Assembly: GCA_044344255.1 (NCBI GenBank)
Contig: JBIJDH010000017.1
Span: 96,001 to 160,000, forward strand
Length of the DNA: 64,000 bases
Direction: 5' to 3'
Source: Myxococcota bacterium
GTDB taxonomy: Bacteria > Myxococcota_A > UBA796 > UBA2385
In this document: one piece after another, positions 44,405 to 54,804 of the stretch
Numbering within the stretch: the first letter of the stretch is position 1
Layout: the number at the start of each line of letters is the position of its first letter
Translations under genes and position numbers: made by a program
Notes under the pieces: model-generated
The model's input: the letters and a program-made list of their open reading frames with translations, nothing else
What the model was told of the DNA's origin: nothing
The model's database searches: none

Positions 44405-46399
44405 TCAAGGGGCGGGCGTGGCGCTGGGCTCGGCGGGCTTCACCCACACTCGGTGGAGCGTCTGCTCGGCGAGCTCGGCGTCAGAGGGGTTCTTCTTCAA
44501 GAGCGAGACGGCGCCGATGGCCACCTCGTCCTCCACGACCGCGCCCACCGCGCAAGGGCGAGGGTCACCCCAGGGGGCGTAGATGGCCAGCCGGGCGTCT
44601 TCGTAGACGGGCGTTCCCAGCATGTCGCCGAGGGCCTTGCGGGAGCGCTTGAGGCGGATTCGGTCCATGTTGTCGCGGAGGGTGCCCTCCTCGACCTGCA
44701 CGACGAAGGCGTCCTTCTGGAGCGCGACGTATCGATAGCCGAGGGTCTGGACGGTCTCTCGATCTTCATCGGTGACGACGACGTCGGTGCCGGCCAGCTC
44801 GGAGATCTCGCGCATCCGGCGCACGAAGGTGTTCTTCTCCCGGAGCTCGAGGGCCTCGGGCGGGCTGAAGACGGCGTTGTCCTCGATCATCCCGCCCAAG
44901 ATGGGGCGGTGGTGGATGGTCTGGTAGAAGAGGTGGGCCTGGGTCCAGGCGTAGGGCAGCTCGATCAGCGCGCCCTCCGGCCCGTCGGCGAGGCAACGAT
45001 AGCCGGCCGGCACCTGAGAGATCCAGGTCGGGTACGGCAACAGAGAGGTGCGATGGAGCTGCGCGCCCAGCTCGACCGTCAGCAGCACCGTCGCGCCGAG
45101 GAAGAGCACCGAGGAGCGGGCGCGCAGCGCGGTCAGCGCCTGCGTGAGCGCCACCATCAAGAGGAGGTCGATGAACAGGTAGGCGCGGGAGGGCCACCAG
45201 AGGCGCTGTAAGAAGCCGACGGCCCGTACGAGCTCCATGTAGAACAGGTTGGGGATCAGGCGTTGACCGACCACCACGAGCGGCCCGGTGGCCACCAGCG
45301 CCATCCCGAGCAGGGCGGGGAGCAGCACCCGCCGCTGCACCGCCCCCGGCCGCAGCGCCCAGATCGAGAGCCCCACCAGCACGCCCCAGGTAGTGGGCCG
45401 GCCCATCGGTAGAAAACGCTCGACCCCCTCTGACAAGACCAGGTAGAAGCCAGACTCCCGCAAGAATGGCTGCCACACCGAGAGGCCGACGGTCGTGCCG
45501 TCGCCGGTGACCAGGGGGGAGCTCCACAGGTCCCAGCCGCTGACGTCCAGCATCCCGGGCACGTCTGCGTCCACTTGGGTCTCGATCAGGAGCGGCAGCG
45601 CCGCCGGAGCGACCAGCAGCCCCGCCACCGCGGCGATGAGGGCGTGCCGAGCGAAGACCTCGACGCGGGTGCCCGCCCCGTCGGAGGGGGAGGCGGTGCG
45701 GGCGAGGCCGAGCAGGAGGGCCGCAAAACCACCGAAGAAGGCGTAATACCAATACTGGTACCCCGTAAGCGCGAGCAGCACCCCCGCCAGCACCGGATCT
45801 CTCCACCCCCCGCGCAGCCCGGCCCGCCAGGTCGAGCGGAGAAAGAGCACCGGGAGGACGACGATCGCCTGGGTGGGCCTGCCTTCGACGGCCTCGAAGA
45901 GGCAATACGGTGAAAACCCGAACAGGGCCGCAGCGACTCGCACCGCGACTCGGTCATCGCTCATCTCGCGGCCCAGACGCGCGAAGGCCCAGACATTGCC
46001 CGCCAGCCCGAGCAACACGAAGAGGTTGTAGCCCAGCACCTGGCCGAAGATCGCCCGCACGGGCACCGCCGCCCAAGCGTCCAGCATGTTGGCGCCGGTG
46101 TGGGCGTAGAGGTCCTTCCCCCAGGGGTAGAAGAATCGGTCGGTGTGAAGCGGGCTCTGCTCCCCCCGCAGCGTCAGCTCGGCGAACCAGTAGAACCACT
46201 GGGTCCCGTAGTGATCGACGTGCTCGATCCCCAGGAACTCCCGGTTCAGGCCCCCTAACGCGCCGCCAAACACCAGCCCGCCCAGGACGAGGGCCACGAG
46301 GGCCCCAGGGGCCCACGGCGCGAGGCGGCGGAGCGCGTGTTGGAAGGCGAAAGATCGAGGCAAGGCGCGAGCTCCGAATTGCAGGGCGGCGAGGGACAC
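44405..46399 (-). CDS. Polytopic membrane protein, possibly GT-C/YfhO-like glycosyltransferase
   Basis: Many TM segments; FFYPWG, GYNL, LFYQTIHHRPILGG pattern. Confidence 0.6.
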   Translation of the reverse strand: MSLAALQFGARALPRSFAFQHALRRLAPWAPGALVALVLGGLVFGGALGGLNREFLGIEHVDHYGTQWFYWFAELTLRGEQSPLHTDRFFYPWGKDLYAHTGANMLDAWAAVPVRAIFGQVLGYNLFVLLGLAGNVWAFARLGREMSDDRVAVRVAAALFGFSPYCLFEAVEGRPTQAIVVLPVLFLRSTWRAGLRGGWRDPVLAGVLLALTGYQYWYYAFFGGFAALLLGLARTASPSDGAGTRVEVFARHALIAAVAGLLVAPAALPLLIETQVDADVPGMLDVSGWDLWSSPLVTGDGTTVGLSVWQPFLRESGFYLVLSEGVERFLPMGRPTTWGVLVGLSIWALRPGAVQRRVLLPALLGMALVATGPLVVVGQRLIPNLFYMELVRAVGFLQRLWWPSRAYLFIDLLLMVALTQALTALRARSSVLFLGATVLLTVELGAQLHRTSLLPYPTWISQVPAGYRCLADGPEGALIELPYAWTQAHLFYQTIHHRPILGGMIEDNAVFSPPEALELREKNTFVRRMREISELAGTDVVVTDEDRETVQTLGYRYVALQKDAFVVQVEEGTLRDNMDRIRLKRSRKALGDMLGTPVYEDARLAIYAPWGDPRPCAVGAVVEDEVAIGAVSLLKKNPSDAELAEQTLHRVWVKPAEPSATPAP

Positions 46400-46597
46400 C
46401 CGGGCTCAACCGGGGGGCAAGTCCCGCCGCCAGATTCCCGCCGCCAGAACCCTGGTCCCGCACATACCCGAGCGGCTTGGGGGCTGCGGGTCCCAGGCTC
46501 CGATGCTAAATAGCCTATCCGGGCCTGACTCACCCTCCGGACCATCCCCCCCCTCCACCATGCGCTCCCCTCCGGGAGCCATGGAACGCGGTGTCCA

Positions 46598-48298
46598 ATG
46601 CGCTCTCCCCGCCTCTCCCTGCTCATCCTCCTCGGCCTCTCTGCCTGCAGCGGCGGGGGCAAGTTCGACGACACCGGCTCCGTCGCCGGTGACAGCCCGA
46701 ACGGCACCGACGGAACCGACGGAACCGACGGAACCGACGGAACCGACGGAACCGACGGAACCGACGGCACGGATGGGACCGATGGGACCGACGGCACGGA
46801 TGGGACCGACGGGACCGATGGGACCGACGGCACGGATGGGACCGACGGCACCGATGGGACCGACGGCACCGACGGGACTGGCCCTGTGGATGACGACGGG
46901 GACGGCTACACCGCCCGCGAAGACTGCGACGACACCAACGCCAACATCCACCCCGGGGCCGAAGAGCACTGTGACGGCGTGGACGAGGACTGCGACGAGG
47001 AGATCGACAACGACCCCGTCGACGGCGGTGAGTTCGCCGCTGACAACGACGGCGACGGCTTCGGCGCGCTCGGCAGCACCGAGTACACCTGCGATGGTGT
47101 CACCAACGAGCTCGACTGCGACGACGCCGATCCCACCGAGCCCGTCGTGGTCGATGGCGTCTCCGGCAGCCCGTCGGGCGACGGGACCGGCTCGAGCCCG
47201 CTCGCGAGCATCCAGGATGGCATGGACGCCTCCACCCTCTGCGTGCTCGTCTACGCCGACACCTACACCGAGACCATCAACTTCGGCGGCGAGAACCTCT
47301 CGATCATCGGCGTCGAGGGGCCGGAGAGCACGGTCATCGACGGGACGGGCTCCGGCCGGCCGGCGGTGACGGTCGCGGGGGGTGAGAGCGCGGCTTCGCT
47401 CTCGGGCTTCACCATCACCCAAGGCGAAGGCAACCTCGAGACCACCAGCTCTACCTACGGCTGCGGCTCGGGCGACACCTGCACCGAGACTTACAACGCC
47501 TATTGCGGTGGTGGGGTCTACGTCTCGGCCTCCTCGGCCTCCTTGTCGAACCTCGTCATCTTCGACAACCAGCTCCCGCTCTCCAGCACCACCACCGCCG
47601 ACACCACCACCACGGTGACCTACTCCTTCGGCGGGGGGATCTGCGCGCAGGGCGGCAACCTGAGCCTCGACCGCGTGGACGTCTACATCAACCAGGCCGA
47701 GCTCGGCGGCGGCCTCTACCTCGACGAGGGCTCGGTGGTGGACGCCTTCCACAACCGCTACCTCGCCAACACGGCGGGCTCCGGCGCTGGCGTCCACAAC
47801 GACGGCGGCGCGCTCACGCTCAGCAACTCGATCGTCTCCTTCAACAGCGCGAACACCGAGGGCGGGGGCGTGCTCCAGGCGGGCGGCACCACCGAGCTCT
47901 CGAACGTGGTGGTGTCGGGCAACAGCGGCACCTCGAGCGGCGTCGGCGTGACCGACACCGGTGCCTTCACGCTCATCAACTCGATCGTCTACAAGAACGA
48001 CGACTACGGTCTCTCTGTCGAGTCCGGTTCCAGCGCCTCGGTGTCTTACAGCGACGTGTACGGCAACACGACAGCCAACTACACCGGCATCACCGACCCC
48101 ACGAGCACCCTCGGCAACATCTCGAAGGACCCGAGCTTCACCACGTGGACCGACGACTCCGACATCAGCGACGATGACTACACGCTCGGCTCGAGCTCAC
48201 CCTGCATCGACAAGGGCAGCTCCAGCACCAGCTACGACGACACCGACGGCAGTCGCAACGACATGGGCGCCTACGGCGGGCCGGGCGGCGACTGGTAG
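46598..48298 (+). CDS. Lipoprotein with a (G-T-D)n tract, MopE-type motifs and a right-handed beta-helix
   Basis: Lipobox LSAC; IQDGMDA...DTYTETINFGGENLSIIGVEGPESTVIDG; SPCIDKG...DGSRNDMGAYGGP. Confidence 0.85.
   Translation: MRSPRLSLLILLGLSACSGGGKFDDTGSVAGDSPNGTDGTDGTDGTDGTDGTDGTDGTDGTDGTDGTDGTDGTDGTDGTDGTDGTDGTDGTDGTGPVDDDGDGYTAREDCDDTNANIHPGAEEHCDGVDEDCDEEIDNDPVDGGEFAADNDGDGFGALGSTEYTCDGVTNELDCDDADPTEPVVVDGVSGSPSGDGTGSSPLASIQDGMDASTLCVLVYADTYTETINFGGENLSIIGVEGPESTVIDGTGSGRPAVTVAGGESAASLSGFTITQGEGNLETTSSTYGCGSGDTCTETYNAYCGGGVYVSASSASLSNLVIFDNQLPLSSTTTADTTTTVTYSFGGGICAQGGNLSLDRVDVYINQAELGGGLYLDEGSVVDAFHNRYLANTAGSGAGVHNDGGALTLSNSIVSFNSANTEGGGVLQAGGTTELSNVVVSGNSGTSSGVGVTDTGAFTLINSIVYKNDDYGLSVESGSSASVSYSDVYGNTTANYTGITDPTSTLGNISKDPSFTTWTDDSDISDDDYTLGSSSPCIDKGSSSTSYDDTDGSRNDMGAYGGPGGDW
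46700..46879 (+). repeat. 9-bp coding tandem repeat, 20 units (NGT + 19 DGT)
   Basis: GACGGAACC and synonymous variants over 180 nt. Confidence 0.92.
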
Positions 48299-48451
48299 GT
48301 GTAGCCGGGCGGCTCCCCGCTCCACTCTTCCGAGCCGGGAGCCGCCGCGGCTGTGTTCAGCGTGGACGGTCGCGGCGTGTGTGTGTCGTCCCGCCGTGAT
48401 GGACGCGCCCACCTCCCCGGGTGGACACTGGCGTCATCACCCGGCTCGACC

Positions 48452-49548
<1,097 letters not shown>

Positions 49549-49572
49549 ATCCAAGCGGAGGCGGGAGCCCGC

Positions 49573-49601
49573 TTGCCGACACCGCGCCCCAGAGGTAGCC
49601 T
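49573..49601 (+). promoter_or_regulatory. Sigma70-type promoter TTGCCG-N17-TAGCCT, 6 nt before the ATG (leaderless)
   Basis: -35 at 49573-49578, -10 at 49596-49601, ATG at 49608; no Shine-Dalgarno in between. Confidence 0.6.
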
Positions 49602-49607
49602 CCGACC

Positions 49608-50033
49608 ATGATCCCCACATCACACCACGGTCACTTCTCGGGCACCAACCGCCTCTGGTTCATGCCCGGAACGCCTGCCCACGTCTCTGCCGGCACCCTC
49701 ACCGTCACGGCGGACCGCGTGTCCGTGCGCTGGGCGCACGAGGGCAAGCCGAAGGAGGGTGAGCTCGTGCTCAGCGGGCCGCGGCCGGCCTGCCGCGGCA
49801 ATTTCACCGACACCTTCCACGCCGAGAGCGGGCTCGTGCTGCACGGCTACGCGCAGGGCAGCGGCGTCTTCCTGTTCTGCACGTACCCGGCTGGGGACGG
49901 TTCACCGGACTGGGGCTGGCGCATCGTGCTCGACTGGTACGCCCCCGATCAGCTCAGCTTCCGCATGTTCAACGTGCTGCCCGACGGCGAGGAGGCCCTC
50001 GCGGTCGACCTCTGCGGGTCACGCGAGGGCTGA
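49608..50033 (+). CDS. DUF1579-like hypothetical protein
   Basis: GTNRLW, DTFH, WGWRI, MFNVLPDGEEALAV. Confidence 0.65.
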   Translation: MIPTSHHGHFSGTNRLWFMPGTPAHVSAGTLTVTADRVSVRWAHEGKPKEGELVLSGPRPACRGNFTDTFHAESGLVLHGYAQGSGVFLFCTYPAGDGSPDWGWRIVLDWYAPDQLSFRMFNVLPDGEEALAVDLCGSREG

Positions 50034-50088
50034 GGTCGCGGGAGGGGCGGCGCCCGACGGGCGGCGCCTCGCTCGATAGGGTGCGGGG

Positions 50089-51300
50089 ATGACACACTCC
50101 GCACCCCCCGCCCCCTCGGTCGACACCGAGCGCCCGATCTACCTCGACCACAACGCCACGACGCCCCTCCTCCCCGAGGTGGTCGAGGCGATGTTGCCGT
50201 ACCTGTGGGAGCACTTCGGCAACCCCTCGAGCGGCCACGCCTACGGGCGCCGGGCCAAGGCGGCGGTGGACCAGGCCCGGGAGCAGGTGGCGGCGCTGAT
50301 CGGGGCCTCCGCCGACGAGGTGCTCTTCACCAGCGGGGGCACCGAGGCCAACAACCTCGCCATCCGGGGCGCCGCCGCCGCGCGGCCCCACCGGCGCGGC
50401 CTGTTGACCTCGAACGTGGAGCACCCCGCCACCTCCCGCCCCCTCGCCGCGCTCGTGGCGGACGGGTGGGCGCTGCACACCGTCCCCGTGGACGGTGAGG
50501 GCCGGCTGCGCGCAGACCTCGCGCTGGCCTGCATCGAGGAGGAGGGCTGGCGGCTCTCCCTCGTCTCGGTCATGCACGCCAACAACGAGACCGGCGCCCT
50601 CCAGCCCATCGGCGCCCTCGCGGGTGCCTGTCAGGAGCGGGGCGCGCTGCTCCACACCGACGCCGCCCAGAGCGCGGGGAAGGTCGAGCTCGACGTAGAT
50701 GCGCTCGGTGTCGATCTGCTCACCCTCGCCGGTCACAAGCTCTACGCCCCCAAGGGCGTGGGCGCGCTCTATGTCCGCCGCGGCACCCCCCTCCTTCCGT
50801 TCACGCTCGGGGCTGGCCACGAGCGCGGCCTCCGCCCGGGCACCGAGAACGTCGCCTCGATCGTCGGGCTCGGCGCCGCTGCGGCTGCCGTGAAGGCTGA
50901 CCTCTCGGCCCAGCGCGCGCGGACCGCGGCCCTGCGCGACACCCTCGAGGCGGCGCTCCGGGCCCGCGTCCCCGGGCTCACCCTCAACGGCCCGCGCGAG
51001 GCCCGCCTCCCGAACACGCTCAACGTCCGCTTCCCCGGCACCTCGGGGGAGGCCCTCCTGGCCCGCTGCCCGGAGGTGGCGGCGAGCACCGGCTCGGCCT
51101 GCCACGCCGGCGGTGAGCGCGCATCCGCCGTGATCCTGGCGATGGGCGTGCCCGAGGCGGAGGCGCTCGGCTCGGTGCGCCTCAGCCTCGGCCGCGGCAC
51201 CACAGCAGCGGAGGTGGAGGCGGCGGCGGTCATCCTCGCCCAGGCCTGGGCTCAGTCGGCGGCGAGCTCGATCAGCAGCTCATCCCAGCGGGTCTCCTGA
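50089..51300 (+). CDS. Cysteine desulfurase, IscS/NifS group
   Basis: IYLDHNATTP, FTSGGTEANN, HTDAAQ, GHKLYAPKG, STGSACH. Confidence 0.92.
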   Translation: MTHSAPPAPSVDTERPIYLDHNATTPLLPEVVEAMLPYLWEHFGNPSSGHAYGRRAKAAVDQAREQVAALIGASADEVLFTSGGTEANNLAIRGAAAARPHRRGLLTSNVEHPATSRPLAALVADGWALHTVPVDGEGRLRADLALACIEEEGWRLSLVSVMHANNETGALQPIGALAGACQERGALLHTDAAQSAGKVELDVDALGVDLLTLAGHKLYAPKGVGALYVRRGTPLLPFTLGAGHERGLRPGTENVASIVGLGAAAAAVKADLSAQRARTAALRDTLEAALRARVPGLTLNGPREARLPNTLNVRFPGTSGEALLARCPEVAASTGSACHAGGERASAVILAMGVPEAEALGSVRLSLGRGTTAAEVEAAAVILAQAWAQSAASSISSSSQRVS

Positions 51301-52565
51301 GCCCAGGTGGCGCCCGCGCCCTCGCTGTACATCGTGAGATAGCCGGGGTAGTCGAGGTCGGTGAAGACCGTGAGGCCGCTCGTCCAGTCATAGCGCCCGT
51401 TCCCGAAGGCCCCGGCGACGGCGATGTCCATCGCCTCAAGCAGCGGGCCCGACCGATCGGTGGGAGAGACCGCGCCGAGGTCTCCGAGATCGAGGTACCA
51501 GCGCGGATAGTCGGGGTCAGCGCCTCGGGCCACGGACAGCGCGGTCTCGACCTCGGCCCGCCCCTCCGGCCCCGATAGGCCAAGCTCGGCCAGGGCGTCG
51601 AGGCCGGCGGCGACGTCGTCCATGTAGCGGAGGTCTACCGCAGAGAAGGTGCGCTCGTTGCCCTCCTCAACCGAGAGGCTGGCCGCCCGGCTGGCGAGCT
51701 CGAGCAAGGGGAGCTCGGGCTCGGCGCGCAGCGCCTGGAGGAGGGGAGTGTAGAGCACGCCCTCGCCGCCCACCCAGGCCTCGCTGGCCAGCATCACCTC
51801 GGCCTGGTCGCGCAGCGAATGGGCAACCTCGAAGCTGGCCATGTAGCAGGCATCAAAGCCGATGAGGTCAATCGGGCCCTCTGCAGCGACGAAGCTGGCG
51901 AGGCCCTGCTGGAGCTCACCCTCCGCGATCGAGATCCAATTCCCGCTCGTGTCGTCGGACGAGATCGAGGGCGGCGGCGGGGCGACGGTCCAGGAGTCGC
52001 CGTGGTTCCAGAGGAAGAGCGCGTAGTGGTCAGCCGGGGCGGTCTCCCTCCCCCAGGCGAGGAAGGCAGCCAGCTCGGCGGGATCTCCCATGTCGATCTC
52101 GCCCATCTCGGTGAGGACAGGCGAGCGGACAACGTCGAGGTCGTCATCACCGATCATCTCGTATCGGCGAGCGCCCGTCCAATCCCCGTCTCCGTCCACG
52201 TAGCCGTCGATGCGGTCTGCCTGCACCAACACGCGCACCCCTTCGCCCTCTCCGCCGGCCTCGAGCTCATTCAAGTCATGGATGACATAGGACTCGAGGT
52301 TGTTGTCTCCGTTCATGTAGACCAGCACCGTCCAACGGACGGGCTCGACCTCCGGGGTCTCACCCGTGTCCTCACCGCCGTCTGCGCCGCCGTCACCGCC
52401 GTCACCGCCGTCAGCCCCTCCCGCGCCGCCCAGCCCGAGGACGTCGGTGGACGAGGGGTTGGCGCGCGGCTCGGCCGGGCGACAGGCGCCGAGCAGGGAC
52501 AGGCCAAGCAGAGAGAGGCCGAGGGGCATCCACCAGGGGCGGGCGAGGGCGGCGGTGTTCGACAT
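51252..52565 (-). CDS. Clostripain-family (C11) cysteine peptidase, lipoprotein
   Basis: WTVLVYMNGDNNLE, LFLWNHG, LIGFDACYM, MLASE; lipobox LGAC. Confidence 0.88.
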   Translation of the reverse strand: MSNTAALARPWWMPLGLSLLGLSLLGACRPAEPRANPSSTDVLGLGGAGGADGGDGGDGGADGGEDTGETPEVEPVRWTVLVYMNGDNNLESYVIHDLNELEAGGEGEGVRVLVQADRIDGYVDGDGDWTGARRYEMIGDDDLDVVRSPVLTEMGEIDMGDPAELAAFLAWGRETAPADHYALFLWNHGDSWTVAPPPPSISSDDTSGNWISIAEGELQQGLASFVAAEGPIDLIGFDACYMASFEVAHSLRDQAEVMLASEAWVGGEGVLYTPLLQALRAEPELPLLELASRAASLSVEEGNERTFSAVDLRYMDDVAAGLDALAELGLSGPEGRAEVETALSVARGADPDYPRWYLDLGDLGAVSPTDRSGPLLEAMDIAVAGAFGNGRYDWTSGLTVFTDLDYPGYLTMYSEGAGATWAQETRWDELLIELAAD

Positions 52566-52634
52566 CCCGCCAAGATAGCTCAGGATGTGCCGAGCTGACC
52601 AGCCGCTCGCGCGCGGGCAGGCCGGGGCTCGCGC

Positions 52635-54692
52635 TCAGGGGGCGGGGCGGTCGGTCCGCTCGATGGTCACCCGCACGATCCGGTCGCCGGGCTGCATCTG
52701 CTGGAAGACCTGCATCCCAGAGCTCACGCGGCCGAAGATCGTGTATCCACCGTCCAGATGGGGCTGCGGAGAGAGGGTCACGAACCACTGGCTGCCGCCG
52801 GTGTCCGGCCCGGAGAGCGCCATCCCGAGCGTGCCCTCGCGGTAATGCAGCGGGTTGATCTCGTCGGGGATCGTCCAGCCGGGGCCGCCGGTGCCGTCCC
52901 CGCGGGGATCTCCGTCCTGGACGACGAAGTCGGGCACCACCCGGTGCACCTTGAGGCCGTCGTAGTACCCGTCCTCGGCGAGGGAGACGAAGTTCCAGAC
53001 GGTGACCGGCGCCTCCTCGGGGTAGAGCTCCACGATCGCCTCGCCACGCGTGGTGAGGATGCGGGCCGACCGCACCCGCGACAGCTCGTCGAGGGGGGCG
53101 GTGATGAAGCGGTGCCAGGACGGAGAGGGGCCGGCCCCGAGCGCCCGGGAGAGGAGCCCTCCCGCCTCCTGGACGGTGGGGTCGGCGTGCTGAAGGAGGC
53201 GCTTGGCGACCGCGAAGGCGCGGGGGGCCGGCTTGCGGACCACCGGCTGGGGGCCGGTGTAGAGCGCGGCGAGGGCGCCCGCCGCGGCCTTGAGCAGATC
53301 GGGCTCTTCGCCCCGCTCGAGCGTGCCCACGAGGCCGGCCTCCGTGAAGGGATCGGGGTGCTCCTTCATCCAGTCGGCGGCCACCGCGGCCACCATCGGG
53401 TCAAAGGCGGCGAGCAAGGGGACGACCCGCCGCGAGGGGAGCTCGAGCTCGGTGAGGCGGGTGGCGGCCGCGACCCGGACCCTCCCCTCCCCGTCCTTGG
53501 TGGCGAGCGTCATCAGGCGCTCGGGGTCTCGCAGGTGCTCGGTGGCGGCCTCCCGGATCCGATCGGGCCGCGCGAGATCGAGCCAGGGCTCGGGATCGGC
53601 GATCAGGCGGGCGGCGCCGAGCGCGGAGAGGGCCTCGGCCGCCTCGACGAGCCGGGTGTCGCCGCGGGTGGCCTGGGCCTCTGCGGCCTCCATGGTGCAG
53701 CCCCGCTCGACGATCGGCAGCAAGAGCGCGCTCCGGTCGAGCTGCTCGATGGCGCCCACCGCCGCGATGGCCTCCCGGCGGACGCCTGGATCGGGGTCTG
53801 AGAGGAGGGCCGAGACCCCAGCCCAGCGCGCGAGCCCGGCCGCCCGCGCCGTCGCCACCCGAACGCCGCTGTCGGTGTCCTTGGCGGTGCGCTCGTAGAG
53901 TGCCCGCTGTTGATCGGCGACCCCGCTGAGCCCCGCCGTGGCGCGCACCAGGAAGGCGCGCGTGACCGGATCGGCGTCTTGGGCGGCGGCGGCGAACAGC
54001 CGGTCGCGCAGGCCGGGGGACAGCGTCTTTGGCCGGATTCGGCCGAGGGCAAAGCCCACCGCCCGGCGGGCGTCCCGATCCAGGCGGTCGAGCTGGTCCA
54101 TCAGCGCGACCAGCACAGGCTCTCCACCGACCCCCTGAACCTCTCTCAAGGCGAGGCGGCCGATCGCCACGCCCGCCGCCTCGGAGACCAAGGGCCGTTG
54201 AAGGAAGGGTGGGTCTTCTCCCAGGGCGGCGATGAGCGCGGGGAGAGCGGCCTCCGTGCCCTGCTTGCCGAGGCCCTCGACGAGGCGGGCGCGCACCCCG
54301 ATGTCCGCCTCCCGCCGCAGCCGCTCGTGCAGGACGACCTCGGCGCCGGGGGTCTGACCGAGGGCGAAGGCCGCCTCCAGGCGCACGCCGACGTCGGCGT
54401 CGGTGATGAGCGCCCGCAGCTCGGCCAGGGCGGCCTCGGTGCGGAGGCGACCGAGGGCGCGGGCGGCGCGAGCTCGGGTGGGGGCGTCGACGCTGTGCGC
54501 GTAGGAGGTGAAGGCCGCGACCGGCATCCGCTGCGCCTCCATGAGCAGGAGCGCCGCCGAGTCATCGGCCGAGAGCGCCCAGGCGGCCGCGCTGAGGAGG
54601 ACGAGGAGCACGGCGCACCCGAGGGAGGAGAGGGAGGGGGCGAGCGGAGGCGGGACGCCCGAAAGTATCCCCTCCCCGCGCGCGACGCCCAT
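52635..54692 (-). CDS. HEAT-repeat plus cyclophilin-type peptidyl-prolyl isomerase
   Basis: HEAT repeats (VRLEAAFALGQ) followed by HRVVPDFVVQDGDPRGDG, GMALSGPDTGGSQWF, HLDGGYTIFG. Start uncertain. Confidence 0.88.
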   Translation of the reverse strand: MGVARGEGILSGVPPPLAPSLSSLGCAVLLVLLSAAAWALSADDSAALLLMEAQRMPVAAFTSYAHSVDAPTRARAARALGRLRTEAALAELRALITDADVGVRLEAAFALGQTPGAEVVLHERLRREADIGVRARLVEGLGKQGTEAALPALIAALGEDPPFLQRPLVSEAAGVAIGRLALREVQGVGGEPVLVALMDQLDRLDRDARRAVGFALGRIRPKTLSPGLRDRLFAAAAQDADPVTRAFLVRATAGLSGVADQQRALYERTAKDTDSGVRVATARAAGLARWAGVSALLSDPDPGVRREAIAAVGAIEQLDRSALLLPIVERGCTMEAAEAQATRGDTRLVEAAEALSALGAARLIADPEPWLDLARPDRIREAATEHLRDPERLMTLATKDGEGRVRVAAATRLTELELPSRRVVPLLAAFDPMVAAVAADWMKEHPDPFTEAGLVGTLERGEEPDLLKAAAGALAALYTGPQPVVRKPAPRAFAVAKRLLQHADPTVQEAGGLLSRALGAGPSPSWHRFITAPLDELSRVRSARILTTRGEAIVELYPEEAPVTVWNFVSLAEDGYYDGLKVHRVVPDFVVQDGDPRGDGTGGPGWTIPDEINPLHYREGTLGMALSGPDTGGSQWFVTLSPQPHLDGGYTIFGRVSSGMQVFQQMQPGDRIVRVTIERTDRPAP

Positions 54693-54740
54693 CGGCGGGG
54701 GCCGGTGAGGCGGCGGGTTAGACAGCGGCCCTCGCAGGCG

Positions 54741-54788
54741 CCCTCCCCTCCTCTCCCCCTCCTCTCCCCCTCCTCTCCCCCCCCCCTC
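54741..54788. repeat. 48-nt pure pyrimidine tract, (CCCCTCCTCT)-like x3 plus C10
   Basis: Directly visible between the divergent PPIase and tilS genes. Confidence 0.85.
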
Positions 54789-54804
54789 GCCCACCGAGCC
54801 ACCG

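Noticed and set aside
50089..51300. Cysteine desulfurase as part of the sqr-TusE-DsrE relay
   Set aside because: It is about 6 kb away behind unrelated genes and has its own promoter-like signal; no sequence evidence links them.
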